Assembly: GCA_040224245.1 (NCBI GenBank)
Contig: JBEGIR010000017.1
Location: forward strand, 3,611 to 67,610
Source: Puniceicoccaceae bacterium
Lineage (GTDB): Bacteria; Verrucomicrobiota; Verrucomicrobiia; Opitutales; JAFGAQ01
Direction of reading: 5' to 3'
Length of the DNA stretch: 64,000 bases
The position numbers and the translations under genes were made by a program. This document shows, in pieces, positions 1 through 8,415 of the stretch. The notes under the pieces are model-generated. The model saw only the letters and a program-made list of their open reading frames with translations. It did not search any database and was not told the origin of the DNA. Numbering within the stretch: the stretch's first letter is position 1; the number at the start of each line of letters is the position of its first letter.

Positions 1-197
1 TCTTGATTGCTCGGGAGCGCCATTTCCCTGCTACCATCGCCGATCTCTACGATCCTGAGAATATGCCTGACGATCTTCGAGAAGCACATGATCGGAATGA
101 TGAATTTTTGGAGCGCATCTACATCGGTCGCAGGTTTAAAAATGACACCGAACGCCTCGAAAAGCTATTCGAGCTTTATACCCAGATGACTAAGTAG
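1..197 (+). CDS. C-terminal fragment (gene begins left of window) of an MmeI-family type IIL/IIG or BREX PglX-like N6-adenine DNA methyltransferase
   Basis: The ORF runs off the left edge. The tail DLYDPENMPDDLREAHDRNDEFLERIYIGRRFKNDTERLEKLFELYTQMTK resembles the conserved C-terminal end I recall for MmeI/PglX-type enzymes (LYDP..MP..L..AH..D......Y...F..D.ER...LF..Y). Recognised from memory only. Confidence 0.55.
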   Translation, partial: LIARERHFPATIADLYDPENMPDDLREAHDRNDEFLERIYIGRRFKNDTERLEKLFELYTQMTK

Positions 198-208
198 GGA
201 ATCCTCCA

Positions 209-1822
209 ATGAAAATTAAGAACATTTCACTTCGGAAATTTAAACGTTTTGAGAACTTTACAATTAAAGATATTCCTCAGAGTGCCAGACTTATCATTCT
301 CACGGGTCCGAATGGTTCAGGTAAGAGCTCGCTCTTTGAAGGGTTTAATTTTTGGTCTCGTTTTAACTCCGGATATGGCGGTTATGATCCAGAATATCAC
401 TCAAGAGATAAATCAATCCAGGAACACGAACAAAGACAAACAACAAGAATTGAATTTCATGATTTTTCTCAATCTCACAACCATTTAGAGAACAAAGGTG
501 TGTTCTATATTCGTTCAGCATATAGGCATGAAGCAGATTTCACCACGTCTAACATTGGAAGTGTTCAAGATGCACTAGAAAGCGCTAGTTTACTTCAATC
601 GCTAATTCGCCAAGAAAGTAGAGTATCTGAAAACTACAATCGAATTGTTGGAGAAGCTGTTAAAGAGCTTTTCAACGGTGTGGAGCCAGACAAAACTAAG
701 CTGGAAATACGAGATCGTCTGATTGGCCAAATACGAGAATCAATGGAGGCCATCTTCGGTGATTTGATTTTGAGTGGGACAGGCAATCCGACAAATGGGG
801 GAACATTTCGCTTCAATAAAGGAGCGGTGTCTCATTTTCATTATAAAAATCTTTCAGGAGGTGAAAAAGCTGCCTTTGACTTGCTGCTCGATTTTATCGT
901 GAAAAAAGAAGCTTTCAATAACACTGTCTTTTGTATTGATGAACCTGAGTTGCATATGCATACAAAACTCCAAGGAAAACTGCTGGAACAGCTATTTCAT
1001 TTGCTTCCCGAGAATTGTCAACTGTGGATTTCAACTCATTCGATCGGAATGGCCAGAAAGGCTGCTGAACTTTATAGAGAAAATCCCCAAGAGGTTATAT
1101 TCCTCGATTTTCACGGTCTGAATTTTGATGAAGAAATTGCACTTACTCCACTAGAACCAAGCAGGGATTATTGGAAAAATATGTTCGATACAGCGCTCGA
1201 CGATTTATCCAAGCTCGTGGTTCCATCAAAAGTAGTTTTTTGCGAAGGAAAGCGTCTTGGTTCTGGAGGCAGAAAACCTTCCTTTGATGTTTCGATATAT
1301 TCCAAAATTTTTGGATCAATATATCCTGATTGTGATTTTGTACCCCTTGGAGGAACCACAGAAGTTGAGTCAGATGGAAAATTGGCTAGTGCATTGCTTA
1401 AGAAGCTTGCCCCAGGTATTACGACATGGATGGTTTTTGACAGAGATGACCGTTCCTCGGAAGAGATTGTAGAACTTGAATCAAAAGATATTCGGGTTCT
1501 TGGAAAACGTGATTTAGAAAGTTATCTTTGGAGTGATGAAATTCTTCAGAAATTAGCGACTTCATTCGGACAAGATGAAGCAGGAGCATCAATTATTGAG
1601 GAGAAAAATAGGCTTCTAGCGAACCTACCAAGTAACAAACCAAGAGATGATATTAAGGCAATATCTGGTGAACTTTATAACTTTTGTAAAGAAACTCTTT
1701 TAATCACTCAAAGAGGTAATAATGCGGAAGCTTTTTCGAGGGACGCACTAGCACCCTTGATCACTCCTGATACATCAACTTTTCAAGAACTAGATTCCGT
1801 GATTTTTGGACAACAAAATTAG
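209..1822 (+). CDS. ABC/AAA-type ATPase with C-terminal Toprim/DUF4435-like domain (OLD / GajA / fused AriA-AriB-like architecture)
   Basis: Walker A GPNGSGKSS, signature-like LSGGEK, Walker B FCIDEPELHMH, STHS. The C-terminal part has VVFCEGK...FDVSIY...VFDRDDRS...RDLESYL, which looks like a Toprim/DUF4435 acidic-residue pattern. The start lies 11 nt after the upstream stop. Confidence 0.7.
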   Translation: MKIKNISLRKFKRFENFTIKDIPQSARLIILTGPNGSGKSSLFEGFNFWSRFNSGYGGYDPEYHSRDKSIQEHEQRQTTRIEFHDFSQSHNHLENKGVFYIRSAYRHEADFTTSNIGSVQDALESASLLQSLIRQESRVSENYNRIVGEAVKELFNGVEPDKTKLEIRDRLIGQIRESMEAIFGDLILSGTGNPTNGGTFRFNKGAVSHFHYKNLSGGEKAAFDLLLDFIVKKEAFNNTVFCIDEPELHMHTKLQGKLLEQLFHLLPENCQLWISTHSIGMARKAAELYRENPQEVIFLDFHGLNFDEEIALTPLEPSRDYWKNMFDTALDDLSKLVVPSKVVFCEGKRLGSGGRKPSFDVSIYSKIFGSIYPDCDFVPLGGTTEVESDGKLASALLKKLAPGITTWMVFDRDDRSSEEIVELESKDIRVLGKRDLESYLWSDEILQKLATSFGQDEAGASIIEEKNRLLANLPSNKPRDDIKAISGELYNFCKETLLITQRGNNAEAFSRDALAPLITPDTSTFQELDSVIFGQQN

Positions 1823-1834
1823 AGAGAAGATCCA

Positions 1835-3886
1835 ATGACCAACCCAAAATCAATTCCCTCAGTAACGGTTAATTACAAGACGACCGGCAGTTCGATGAAG
1901 TCGAACGAGCTGGGTATGCGGGCAATGCAGGAACGTGCCTATGAAAAACGCGGTGAGCAATATCTTTTGATCAAATCTCCTCCCGCCTCCGGCAAAAGCC
2001 GTGCCTTGATGTTCATCGCTCTTGATAAGCTGCACAATCAGGGTGTCAAACAGGCCATCATTGCCGTGCCTGAAAAATCCATCGGTGCCAGTTTTGCCAA
2101 TGAACCGCTCAGCCAATTCGGGTTCTGGGCTGATTGGAAGATGGAGCAGCGCTGGAATCTCTGCAACGCCCCAGGGGAGGATGGAAGCAAGGTCAATGCC
2201 GTTAAGTCCTTCCTTGAAAGCGAAGACAAGGTTCTGGTTTGCACCCATTCTACCTTCCGCTTTGCCGTAGAGCGTTTTGGCATCGAAGTCTTTGATGATC
2301 GCCTCATTGCCATTGATGAATTCCACCATGTCAGCGCCGATGATGACAATGTGCTGGGATCACAGCTCAAACGCTTCGTTGAGCAGGATAAGACCCACAT
2401 TGTTGCCATGACAGGCTCTTACTTTCGCGGGGATGCCAATCCCGTCCTCATGCCCGAGGATGAAGCCAAGTTCGATACCGTTACCTATACTTATTACGAG
2501 CAGCTCAACGGCTATGAGTTCTTAAAGACCCTCAATATCGGCTATTATTTCTACAGCGGAGCCTACGCCGATGAAATCCTGAGTGTTCTCGATCCCAATG
2601 AGAAAACCATCATCCATATCCCCAATGTGAACTCACGCGAGAGCATGGGGGATAAAATCAAAGAGGTTGAACATATCATTGAGGAACTTGGAGACTGGCA
2701 AGGCATCGATCCCGAAACCGGCTTTCATCTGGTCAAGACTTCTTCCGGCAAAATGCTGCGCATTGCCGATCTTGTTGATGATGATCCAAGCAAACGTAAC
2801 CGCGTATCAGCAGCCCTGCGGATGCCAGAAGCCAAGAAAAACCGCGATCATGTTGATATCATCATCGCCCTTGGCATGGCCAAGGAAGGATTTGATTGGG
2901 TGTGGTGTGAACATGCCCTCACGGTTGGTTATCGCTCCAGCCTGACAGAAATCGTGCAGATCATTGGACGCGCAACCCGCGATGCCCCAGGCAAAACCAC
3001 TGCGCGTTTTACCAACCTGATTGCAGAGCCGGACGCTTCCGAAGAAGCCGTTACCGATGCCGTCAATGATACCTTAAAGGCTATTGCCGCCAGCTTGCTC
3101 ATGGAGCAAGTGCTTGCGCCCAAGTTCAACTTCGTTCCCAAGAACCAGCAAAGCGCCCCCGTTGAAGGTTATGATTACGGAGAAGGCGGTTATAATCCCG
3201 AAAAATGCAATGTCGGATTTAATGACCAGACCGGACAATTCCAGATCGAAATCAAAGGTCTCTATGAGCCAAAAAGCGAAGAAGCCCAGCGTATTTGCAA
3301 GGAAGACCTCAATGAAGTGATTGCCGCTTTCGTGCAGGATAAGCCTTCCCTCGAACGCGGACTCTTTGATGAGGAAATGGTTGCCGAAGAAATCACTCAG
3401 GTTCGCATGGGTAAGATCATCAAGGAAAAATATCCAGAGCTTGAAGCCGAAGATCAGGAAGCCGTGCGTCAGCACGCGATTGCCGCCCTCAATCTGACCC
3501 AGAAGGCCAAAGACGCTCTCAATAATGATCCTGATTTGCGCCAGAGCGGCAATACCGCTCTCATTGATGGGGTGCGCAAATTTACTATGGATGTCAGGGA
3601 TTTGGATGTGGACTGGATTGATACAATCAACCCATTCAGTGAAGCCTACGCCATTCTCGCAAAAGCCATGACAGAGAGCAGCCTCAAAGCCATGGCTGAA
3701 GTGATTTCCGCCAGAAAACCCAAACTCACCCTTGAAGAGGCCAGAGAGCTTGCAAAACGCGCCTTGCAATTCAAGCAAGAGCGTGGCCGCCTCCCTAACA
3801 TCAAAGCCGCCGATCCATGGGAACAAAGAATGGCTGAAGGCATCGCATTCCTGCAACGCGCAACAGCGGAGGCCTCCAATGGCTGA
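1835..3886 (+). CDS. Superfamily-2 DEAD/DEAH (DExH) helicase family protein
   Basis: Motif I SPPASGKSR, motif II IAIDEFHHV, motif III MTGSYFRGD, motif VI QIIGRATRD. 683 aa, with a long alpha-helical C-terminal extension. Confidence 0.85.
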   Translation: MTNPKSIPSVTVNYKTTGSSMKSNELGMRAMQERAYEKRGEQYLLIKSPPASGKSRALMFIALDKLHNQGVKQAIIAVPEKSIGASFANEPLSQFGFWADWKMEQRWNLCNAPGEDGSKVNAVKSFLESEDKVLVCTHSTFRFAVERFGIEVFDDRLIAIDEFHHVSADDDNVLGSQLKRFVEQDKTHIVAMTGSYFRGDANPVLMPEDEAKFDTVTYTYYEQLNGYEFLKTLNIGYYFYSGAYADEILSVLDPNEKTIIHIPNVNSRESMGDKIKEVEHIIEELGDWQGIDPETGFHLVKTSSGKMLRIADLVDDDPSKRNRVSAALRMPEAKKNRDHVDIIIALGMAKEGFDWVWCEHALTVGYRSSLTEIVQIIGRATRDAPGKTTARFTNLIAEPDASEEAVTDAVNDTLKAIAASLLMEQVLAPKFNFVPKNQQSAPVEGYDYGEGGYNPEKCNVGFNDQTGQFQIEIKGLYEPKSEEAQRICKEDLNEVIAAFVQDKPSLERGLFDEEMVAEEITQVRMGKIIKEKYPELEAEDQEAVRQHAIAALNLTQKAKDALNNDPDLRQSGNTALIDGVRKFTMDVRDLDVDWIDTINPFSEAYAILAKAMTESSLKAMAEVISARKPKLTLEEARELAKRALQFKQERGRLPNIKAADPWEQRMAEGIAFLQRATAEASNG

Positions 3887-5069
3887 GTTAAGCGACAAGG
3901 AGCTATTGGACGCTCTTGGCGTAGAAGCAGAGCAAGAGAAGAAAGTCACGCATACCCCGCGTGAAGAGCGCATCATTGCAGGCTTTGAAGAAATCCAGAA
4001 ATTCGTTGAAGAAAACGGACGCTTGCCCCAGCACGGTGAGGAGAATGATATCTTCGAGCGACTTTATGCCGTGCGCCTCGACCAAATCCGCAAACTCAAA
4101 GAATGCAAAGACCTGGTATCGGAAATGGATTATCAGGGGCTTTTATGCGGGAGCTTTGAGCCTGTAGACAGTGTGCCCGATGATATTCCAGATGAGGAGC
4201 TTTTAGAGCAGCTAGGCGTAAGTCCTGCCAATGAGGATGGTTCAATCACGACCCTTCGGCATGTAAAACCAAGGGCAGAAATCAGAGCCGCCGAAGAAAT
4301 CGCCCAGCGCACACCATGCAGGGATTTTGATACATTCAAGCCGGTGTTCCAAGCGGTGCAGGAAGACCTCAATGAAGGCGTTCGCAGAACCATTCCCTAC
4401 AAAGACAATGCCAAAGTGAACAAGGGGGATTTTTTCATCCTTGGAGGGCAGAAGCTAATTGTAGCGGAACTTGGAGAAGAATTCGTCAACAATTACGACA
4501 AGATCGACCGCAGATTGCGGGTGATCTACGACAACGGAACCGAGAGCGACATCCTTTTGCGTTCTCTCCAGCGCGGTCTTAACAAAGACGAAACCAGCAG
4601 AAGGATCACAGACCCTTCGTTAGGACCGCTTTTTTCGAGCACGCAAAGTGATGATGATGTTGCCAGCGGGACGATCTACGTCCTTCGCAGCAAGTCAGAC
4701 CTGCCAATCGTTGAGGAAAACCGCGATGTTCTGCACAAAATTGGCGTAACTGGGGGTGGGGTGAAGCAACGCTTTGCCAATGCCAGGCATGATGCCACTT
4801 TTCTTCTGGCCGATGTGGAGGTGGTTGCTACCTTTGAACTCTTCAATATCAATCGTGCCAAACTCGAAAACCTCATTCACAGGTTCTTTGCCCCTGCTCG
4901 CCTTGATATCACCATCAATGACCGCTTTGGTGATCCTGTTCGCCCCAGAGAGTGGTTCCTTGTGCCTCTGTTTATAATCAACGAAGTGGTAGACAAGATC
5001 GTGGACGGAACGATTGCCGATTATTCCTACGATCCAAAATCCGTGAAACTGATTCCCTTGGAGAAGTAG
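3879..5069 (+). CDS. GIY-YIG / T5orf172 (MUG113)-type nuclease family protein
   Basis: The track ORF starts at 3732, but the in-frame ATG at 3879 overlaps the helicase stop (ATGGCTGA) and gives MAELSDKELL. The C-terminal domain GTIYVLRSKSDLP..LHKIGVTGGGVKQRF...REWFLVP matches the T5orf172/GIY-YIG pattern. Confidence 0.75.
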   Translation: MAELSDKELLDALGVEAEQEKKVTHTPREERIIAGFEEIQKFVEENGRLPQHGEENDIFERLYAVRLDQIRKLKECKDLVSEMDYQGLLCGSFEPVDSVPDDIPDEELLEQLGVSPANEDGSITTLRHVKPRAEIRAAEEIAQRTPCRDFDTFKPVFQAVQEDLNEGVRRTIPYKDNAKVNKGDFFILGGQKLIVAELGEEFVNNYDKIDRRLRVIYDNGTESDILLRSLQRGLNKDETSRRITDPSLGPLFSSTQSDDDVASGTIYVLRSKSDLPIVEENRDVLHKIGVTGGGVKQRFANARHDATFLLADVEVVATFELFNINRAKLENLIHRFFAPARLDITINDRFGDPVRPREWFLVPLFIINEVVDKIVDGTIADYSYDPKSVKLIPLEK

Positions 5070-5483
5070 ACGTTCCTCAGGTGGGGAAAAGCCTTTCCCC
5101 TGATCCGAGCTTGTAATCTCGGATGCACCCCTTTCAAGCGGGGGTATGCCCCCGCAACGCCTGTCTGTATGAGTTTTGTCAAGTAATACCGGAAACTCTG
5201 GGCTTTCAGAAGGTTTGGCTCAGCATTCAAGCACACAAAAGAGCCGCCATCCGAACTTGATAGACGGTTCTCTGTAATTCGCGTATCCGGTGGTTCATGC
5301 CTGTCTTCGTGCTCACCCGTTACACGGGCGGCACATGATATGGTTCGAAAAGGTGGAGTAGAGCAATCCCCCTAAAACGGGCTTTGCTTTGACAAGCCCA
5401 GCGTTGCGGTCGCTCTTACTCCAACCTCGTCCTACCGGACATTTTGGCTGAATCAATTCACGAAAGATTCAGCCAAATCCAAA

Positions 5484-6518
5484 CTATGCCGCTTCAAGTG
5501 GCTCGTTCTTTTCAAACTGAGTTTCATCAAGCCACATGCGAAACATTATGACCGCAAGCTTTCTTGCAACTGCAACTCGTGCATTTTTCATTGAACTTCG
5601 CTTGGCAATATTCCTGCCCCAAGATTTTAAGGAACAGGGTTTTGTTGACGGACGAAGAATATAGGCAGCTGCTTCATACAGATGTCCACGCAACAATCGA
5701 TCACCGCATTTTGTAATCCCGGCATCATAATCAGTCTCACCAGAAGCATACTTCTTGGGCGTAATACCCAAATGCGCACCCACATCGCGTGATCGCCGAA
5801 ATCTCGCAGGATCATCGATAACCGACTTATAGAGAAGCGCTGTCATAGCACCCACTCCTGGGATGCTCATCAATGTTGTACAAACTGCATCCTTTTTGGC
5901 GGCTGTTATCAGCATTCTTTCCAGCTGATCTGATTTTGCTGCCATCGTCTTTCGTATCTCCAGCAGAGGTTCGAAAGCAGCCTCCAATTCTCCATCACCG
6001 GCAATCAGATCACGAACACATTTATCAAATGACCCGCGCCCCCGAGTGACGCTGATCTTTATTCCAAAGACTTTCAAGGCTCCACGGATATGATTGTCCA
6101 ATGCTATCCGTTGATTAACTATCATTTTTCTGGCCGTGATGATTGTTTTGATACGCTGACTTTCATCACTTTTCACATGAACCGGTTTATACCACCCCGT
6201 TCGCATCATTTGAGCAATTGCCCGCGCATCGTTACGATCCGTTTTCATGTTCTGAGCGGCCATTGCTGCTTTGGCATGCCGTGTCTCGATAACAGTAACA
6301 GGGTGCCCCAAAGATCGGAGTTCCTTGTAGAGCCAGATCGTCAGGTTGCTTGCTTCGATACCAATGCGAGATGCTGAAAATCCATTCTGGCTAAGCCATT
6401 GGTTTATATCATTTGCATCAGTTATCAGAGACGACTCTTTCAGAATATTGCCATGGTCATCGACCACGCAAACAGCCGTCGTTTTTAGGGCTACATCCAG
6501 CCCGACAAAATATGTCAT
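5484..6518 (-). CDS. IS110-family (DEDD) transposase; the ends of the IS element are not resolved
   Basis: The N-terminus MTYFVGLDVALKTTAVCVVDDHGN is typical of DEDD_Tnp_IS110. The C-terminal MSIPGVGAMTALLYKSVIDDPARFRRSRDVGAHLGITPKKYASGE is the Transposase_20 HhH region. It is flanked by about 410 bp and about 620 bp of non-coding DNA. Confidence 0.9.
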   Translation of the reverse strand: MTYFVGLDVALKTTAVCVVDDHGNILKESSLITDANDINQWLSQNGFSASRIGIEASNLTIWLYKELRSLGHPVTVIETRHAKAAMAAQNMKTDRNDARAIAQMMRTGWYKPVHVKSDESQRIKTIITARKMIVNQRIALDNHIRGALKVFGIKISVTRGRGSFDKCVRDLIAGDGELEAAFEPLLEIRKTMAAKSDQLERMLITAAKKDAVCTTLMSIPGVGAMTALLYKSVIDDPARFRRSRDVGAHLGITPKKYASGETDYDAGITKCGDRLLRGHLYEAAAYILRPSTKPCSLKSWGRNIAKRSSMKNARVAVARKLAVIMFRMWLDETQFEKNEPLEAA

Positions 6519-7142
6519 GAGTTCCTCATCGTGTTGGTTGATTTTAGCCTGATGGCCTAATCAAAATTACCACAAAACTCATACACGTTATCCCCCGCGC
6601 CAGCATCCTTGATGCTTGCAAATTTAGCTTATGCCCCATGTCATGGGGCTTGGAGGACTGTTCCAGCTCTGAGGAAGCTGGAACTCTATCAAGGGCGTCC
6701 CTTGAAAGCTTGGAGGAGCTTGGGACGCCCGTTTTATGCTCGGCGCACCGAGTAGCCGTCTCGCGCGGGACAAGTGTGGGGCAAAGAAACTTCGATTTCC
6801 CTCCGCTAGCGCGCACTTCATCTCGTTACATTGCCGATGGGTCTTTATTGGTAGGCCTTGAGATTTGACGGCAGCAAGCAACCATCAAAACACCCCTGTT
6901 GCGCCCACCAAGCCCAGGCGCTTTTGCGGCAGTGTTGCTCACTGCCTTCAAGAAACTGTGCGGGGCGCTGCCCCCCACTCATTCAAGGGTGTCCCCAATT
7001 TTCGGGTGCGCTGTGCTTCCCTGCAAACAGGGTGATCCCCCTCCCTTGAATTCGCTACCCCCGTTCTCGGCGAAGGCCAGGGTTTCAGCAGCAGCAAGCA
7101 GTTCGCTGCGCTTCACTGAAACCCATAACCAAAGGAAAGAAA

Positions 7143-7664
7143 ATGAACACCGTAACCGACACTCCGAGAATCTACGTTGCCTGTCTGGCCGCCTACAATG
7201 CTGGAATCCTCCACGGTGAATGGATTGATCTTGATCAGGACATTGACGACATCTGGAAGGAAATTAGAAACATGCTGGCCAGCTCACCCGAGGAATGCGC
7301 CGAAGAATGGGCAATCCACGATTATGAAGGCTTTGGAACTCTCAGGATCTCCGAATACGAAGGAATTGAGACAGTCCACCAATACGCGGAATTCATCCTT
7401 GAGCACGAGGAAACCGGAACGCTTTTACTTTCCGAATTCTGCGGAGACCTCGAACATTCCAGAAACATCCTTGAAAACTATATCGGCTGTTATTCCAGCC
7501 TTGCCGATTACGCCCAGGAGCTGACCGAAGAAACAACCCAAATCCCTGAAAACCTGAGTTTCTACATCGATTACGAAGCCATGGCGCGGGATATGAAGCT
7601 CAACGGTGAAATCATCGAACTTGAGGAATCCTTTGAAAAGGTTCACCTGTTCTACAACTCATAA
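7143..7664 (+). CDS. ardA: Antirestriction protein ArdA
   Basis: RIYVACLAAYNAGILHGEWIDL, WAIHDYEGFG and SFYIDYEAMARDMKLNG align with the Tn916-type ArdA pattern (YIANLGKYNEG.L.G.W, AIHDYE, YIDY.AYGRDL). The protein is acidic and 173 aa. Confidence 0.9.
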   Translation: MNTVTDTPRIYVACLAAYNAGILHGEWIDLDQDIDDIWKEIRNMLASSPEECAEEWAIHDYEGFGTLRISEYEGIETVHQYAEFILEHEETGTLLLSEFCGDLEHSRNILENYIGCYSSLADYAQELTEETTQIPENLSFYIDYEAMARDMKLNGEIIELEESFEKVHLFYNS

Positions 7665-7671
7665 AAAACTG

Positions 7672-7700
7672 GAGCTCCCCGCTGGGGAGCTCTATTGTTT
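7672..7700 (+). terminator. Rho-independent terminator after ardA
   Basis: 9-bp stem GAGCTCCCC / GGGGAGCTC with a 3-nt loop, followed by TATTGTTT, 8 nt after the ardA stop. Confidence 0.6.
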
Positions 7701-7704
7701 CAAA

Positions 7705-8412
7705 ATGTCAAAGAATATTACAACGCCGATCTATCACATTTGGACAGACGCTTTGCATTTTAGGGCTCTGGCTTCACAGACGTATAACAAGGATTGGAAT
7801 AGAGGAACCTATATTCGATGGGGAATAATCTCCGCTTGGACGGCATTTGAAATGGCATGCCAAGACGCTGTTGGATTTGATCGTCTAGGAAACCGGTTTA
7901 AGGATAAACTCAATTATGCATTAAAAGAAAATAATTGCGACCAACCAAATTGGGGGGAAGGCATTTGGCAGAAAGTTGGAAAAGTTTATGAACTAAGGAA
8001 AAGTTTAGTTCATAGCCCTAGCAGGGAAGATTTGCGCCCAACTTCTGTTGAGAGGCTTGATGAAGCAATTGAAATTCTTCGAGACGCAATAACTGAAATC
8101 TACTTACTTGCTAAAAGCGACCCGCCAAGATGGCAGCTTGACGATAAAGATGAAGGATGGGTAAACCAGCATGACTATGTGAACGTCACAGTCCTGCGAG
8201 GAGTAGATCACAAAGATACACGTAGGATTGAGGTTGTTTACATTTCAAAGGGTAAAGAATGCCTTTCTGAGGTATTGCCCCCAGATTCTGACTACAAAGC
8301 AGCAATAGAGAGCATCAAAATGAATGCCCTTTGTTCGATATCTGCATTTCGAGTCTATCAAGGTGACGGTGAACTGATTTACGAAGAAGAAGCGAGTATC
8401 AGAGGTGTCTAA
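7705..8412 (+). CDS. Hypothetical protein, possible HEPN-like (Rx4H) domain
   Basis: I use the ATG at 7705 (MSKNITTP) just after the terminator; the track ORF from 7606 overlaps ardA. It contains YELRKSLVHS, which fits the HEPN R-x4-H motif in a helical context. No other motif was recognised. Confidence 0.5.
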   Translation: MSKNITTPIYHIWTDALHFRALASQTYNKDWNRGTYIRWGIISAWTAFEMACQDAVGFDRLGNRFKDKLNYALKENNCDQPNWGEGIWQKVGKVYELRKSLVHSPSREDLRPTSVERLDEAIEILRDAITEIYLLAKSDPPRWQLDDKDEGWVNQHDYVNVTVLRGVDHKDTRRIEVVYISKGKECLSEVLPPDSDYKAAIESIKMNALCSISAFRVYQGDGELIYEEEASIRGV

Positions 8413-8415
8413 CCA

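Noticed and set aside
3074-3976. 300-aa minus-strand ORF inside the helicase gene
   Set aside because: It is antisense to a helicase with all SF2 motifs. It has no motifs of its own.
6544-7219. Cluster of 60-106 aa ORFs on both strands between the IS110 transposase and ardA
   Set aside because: The ORFs overlap one another in several frames, their translations are Pro/Ser/Ala/Arg-rich, and the region is dominated by hairpins. It is treated as non-coding/structured DNA (see the IS110 finding).
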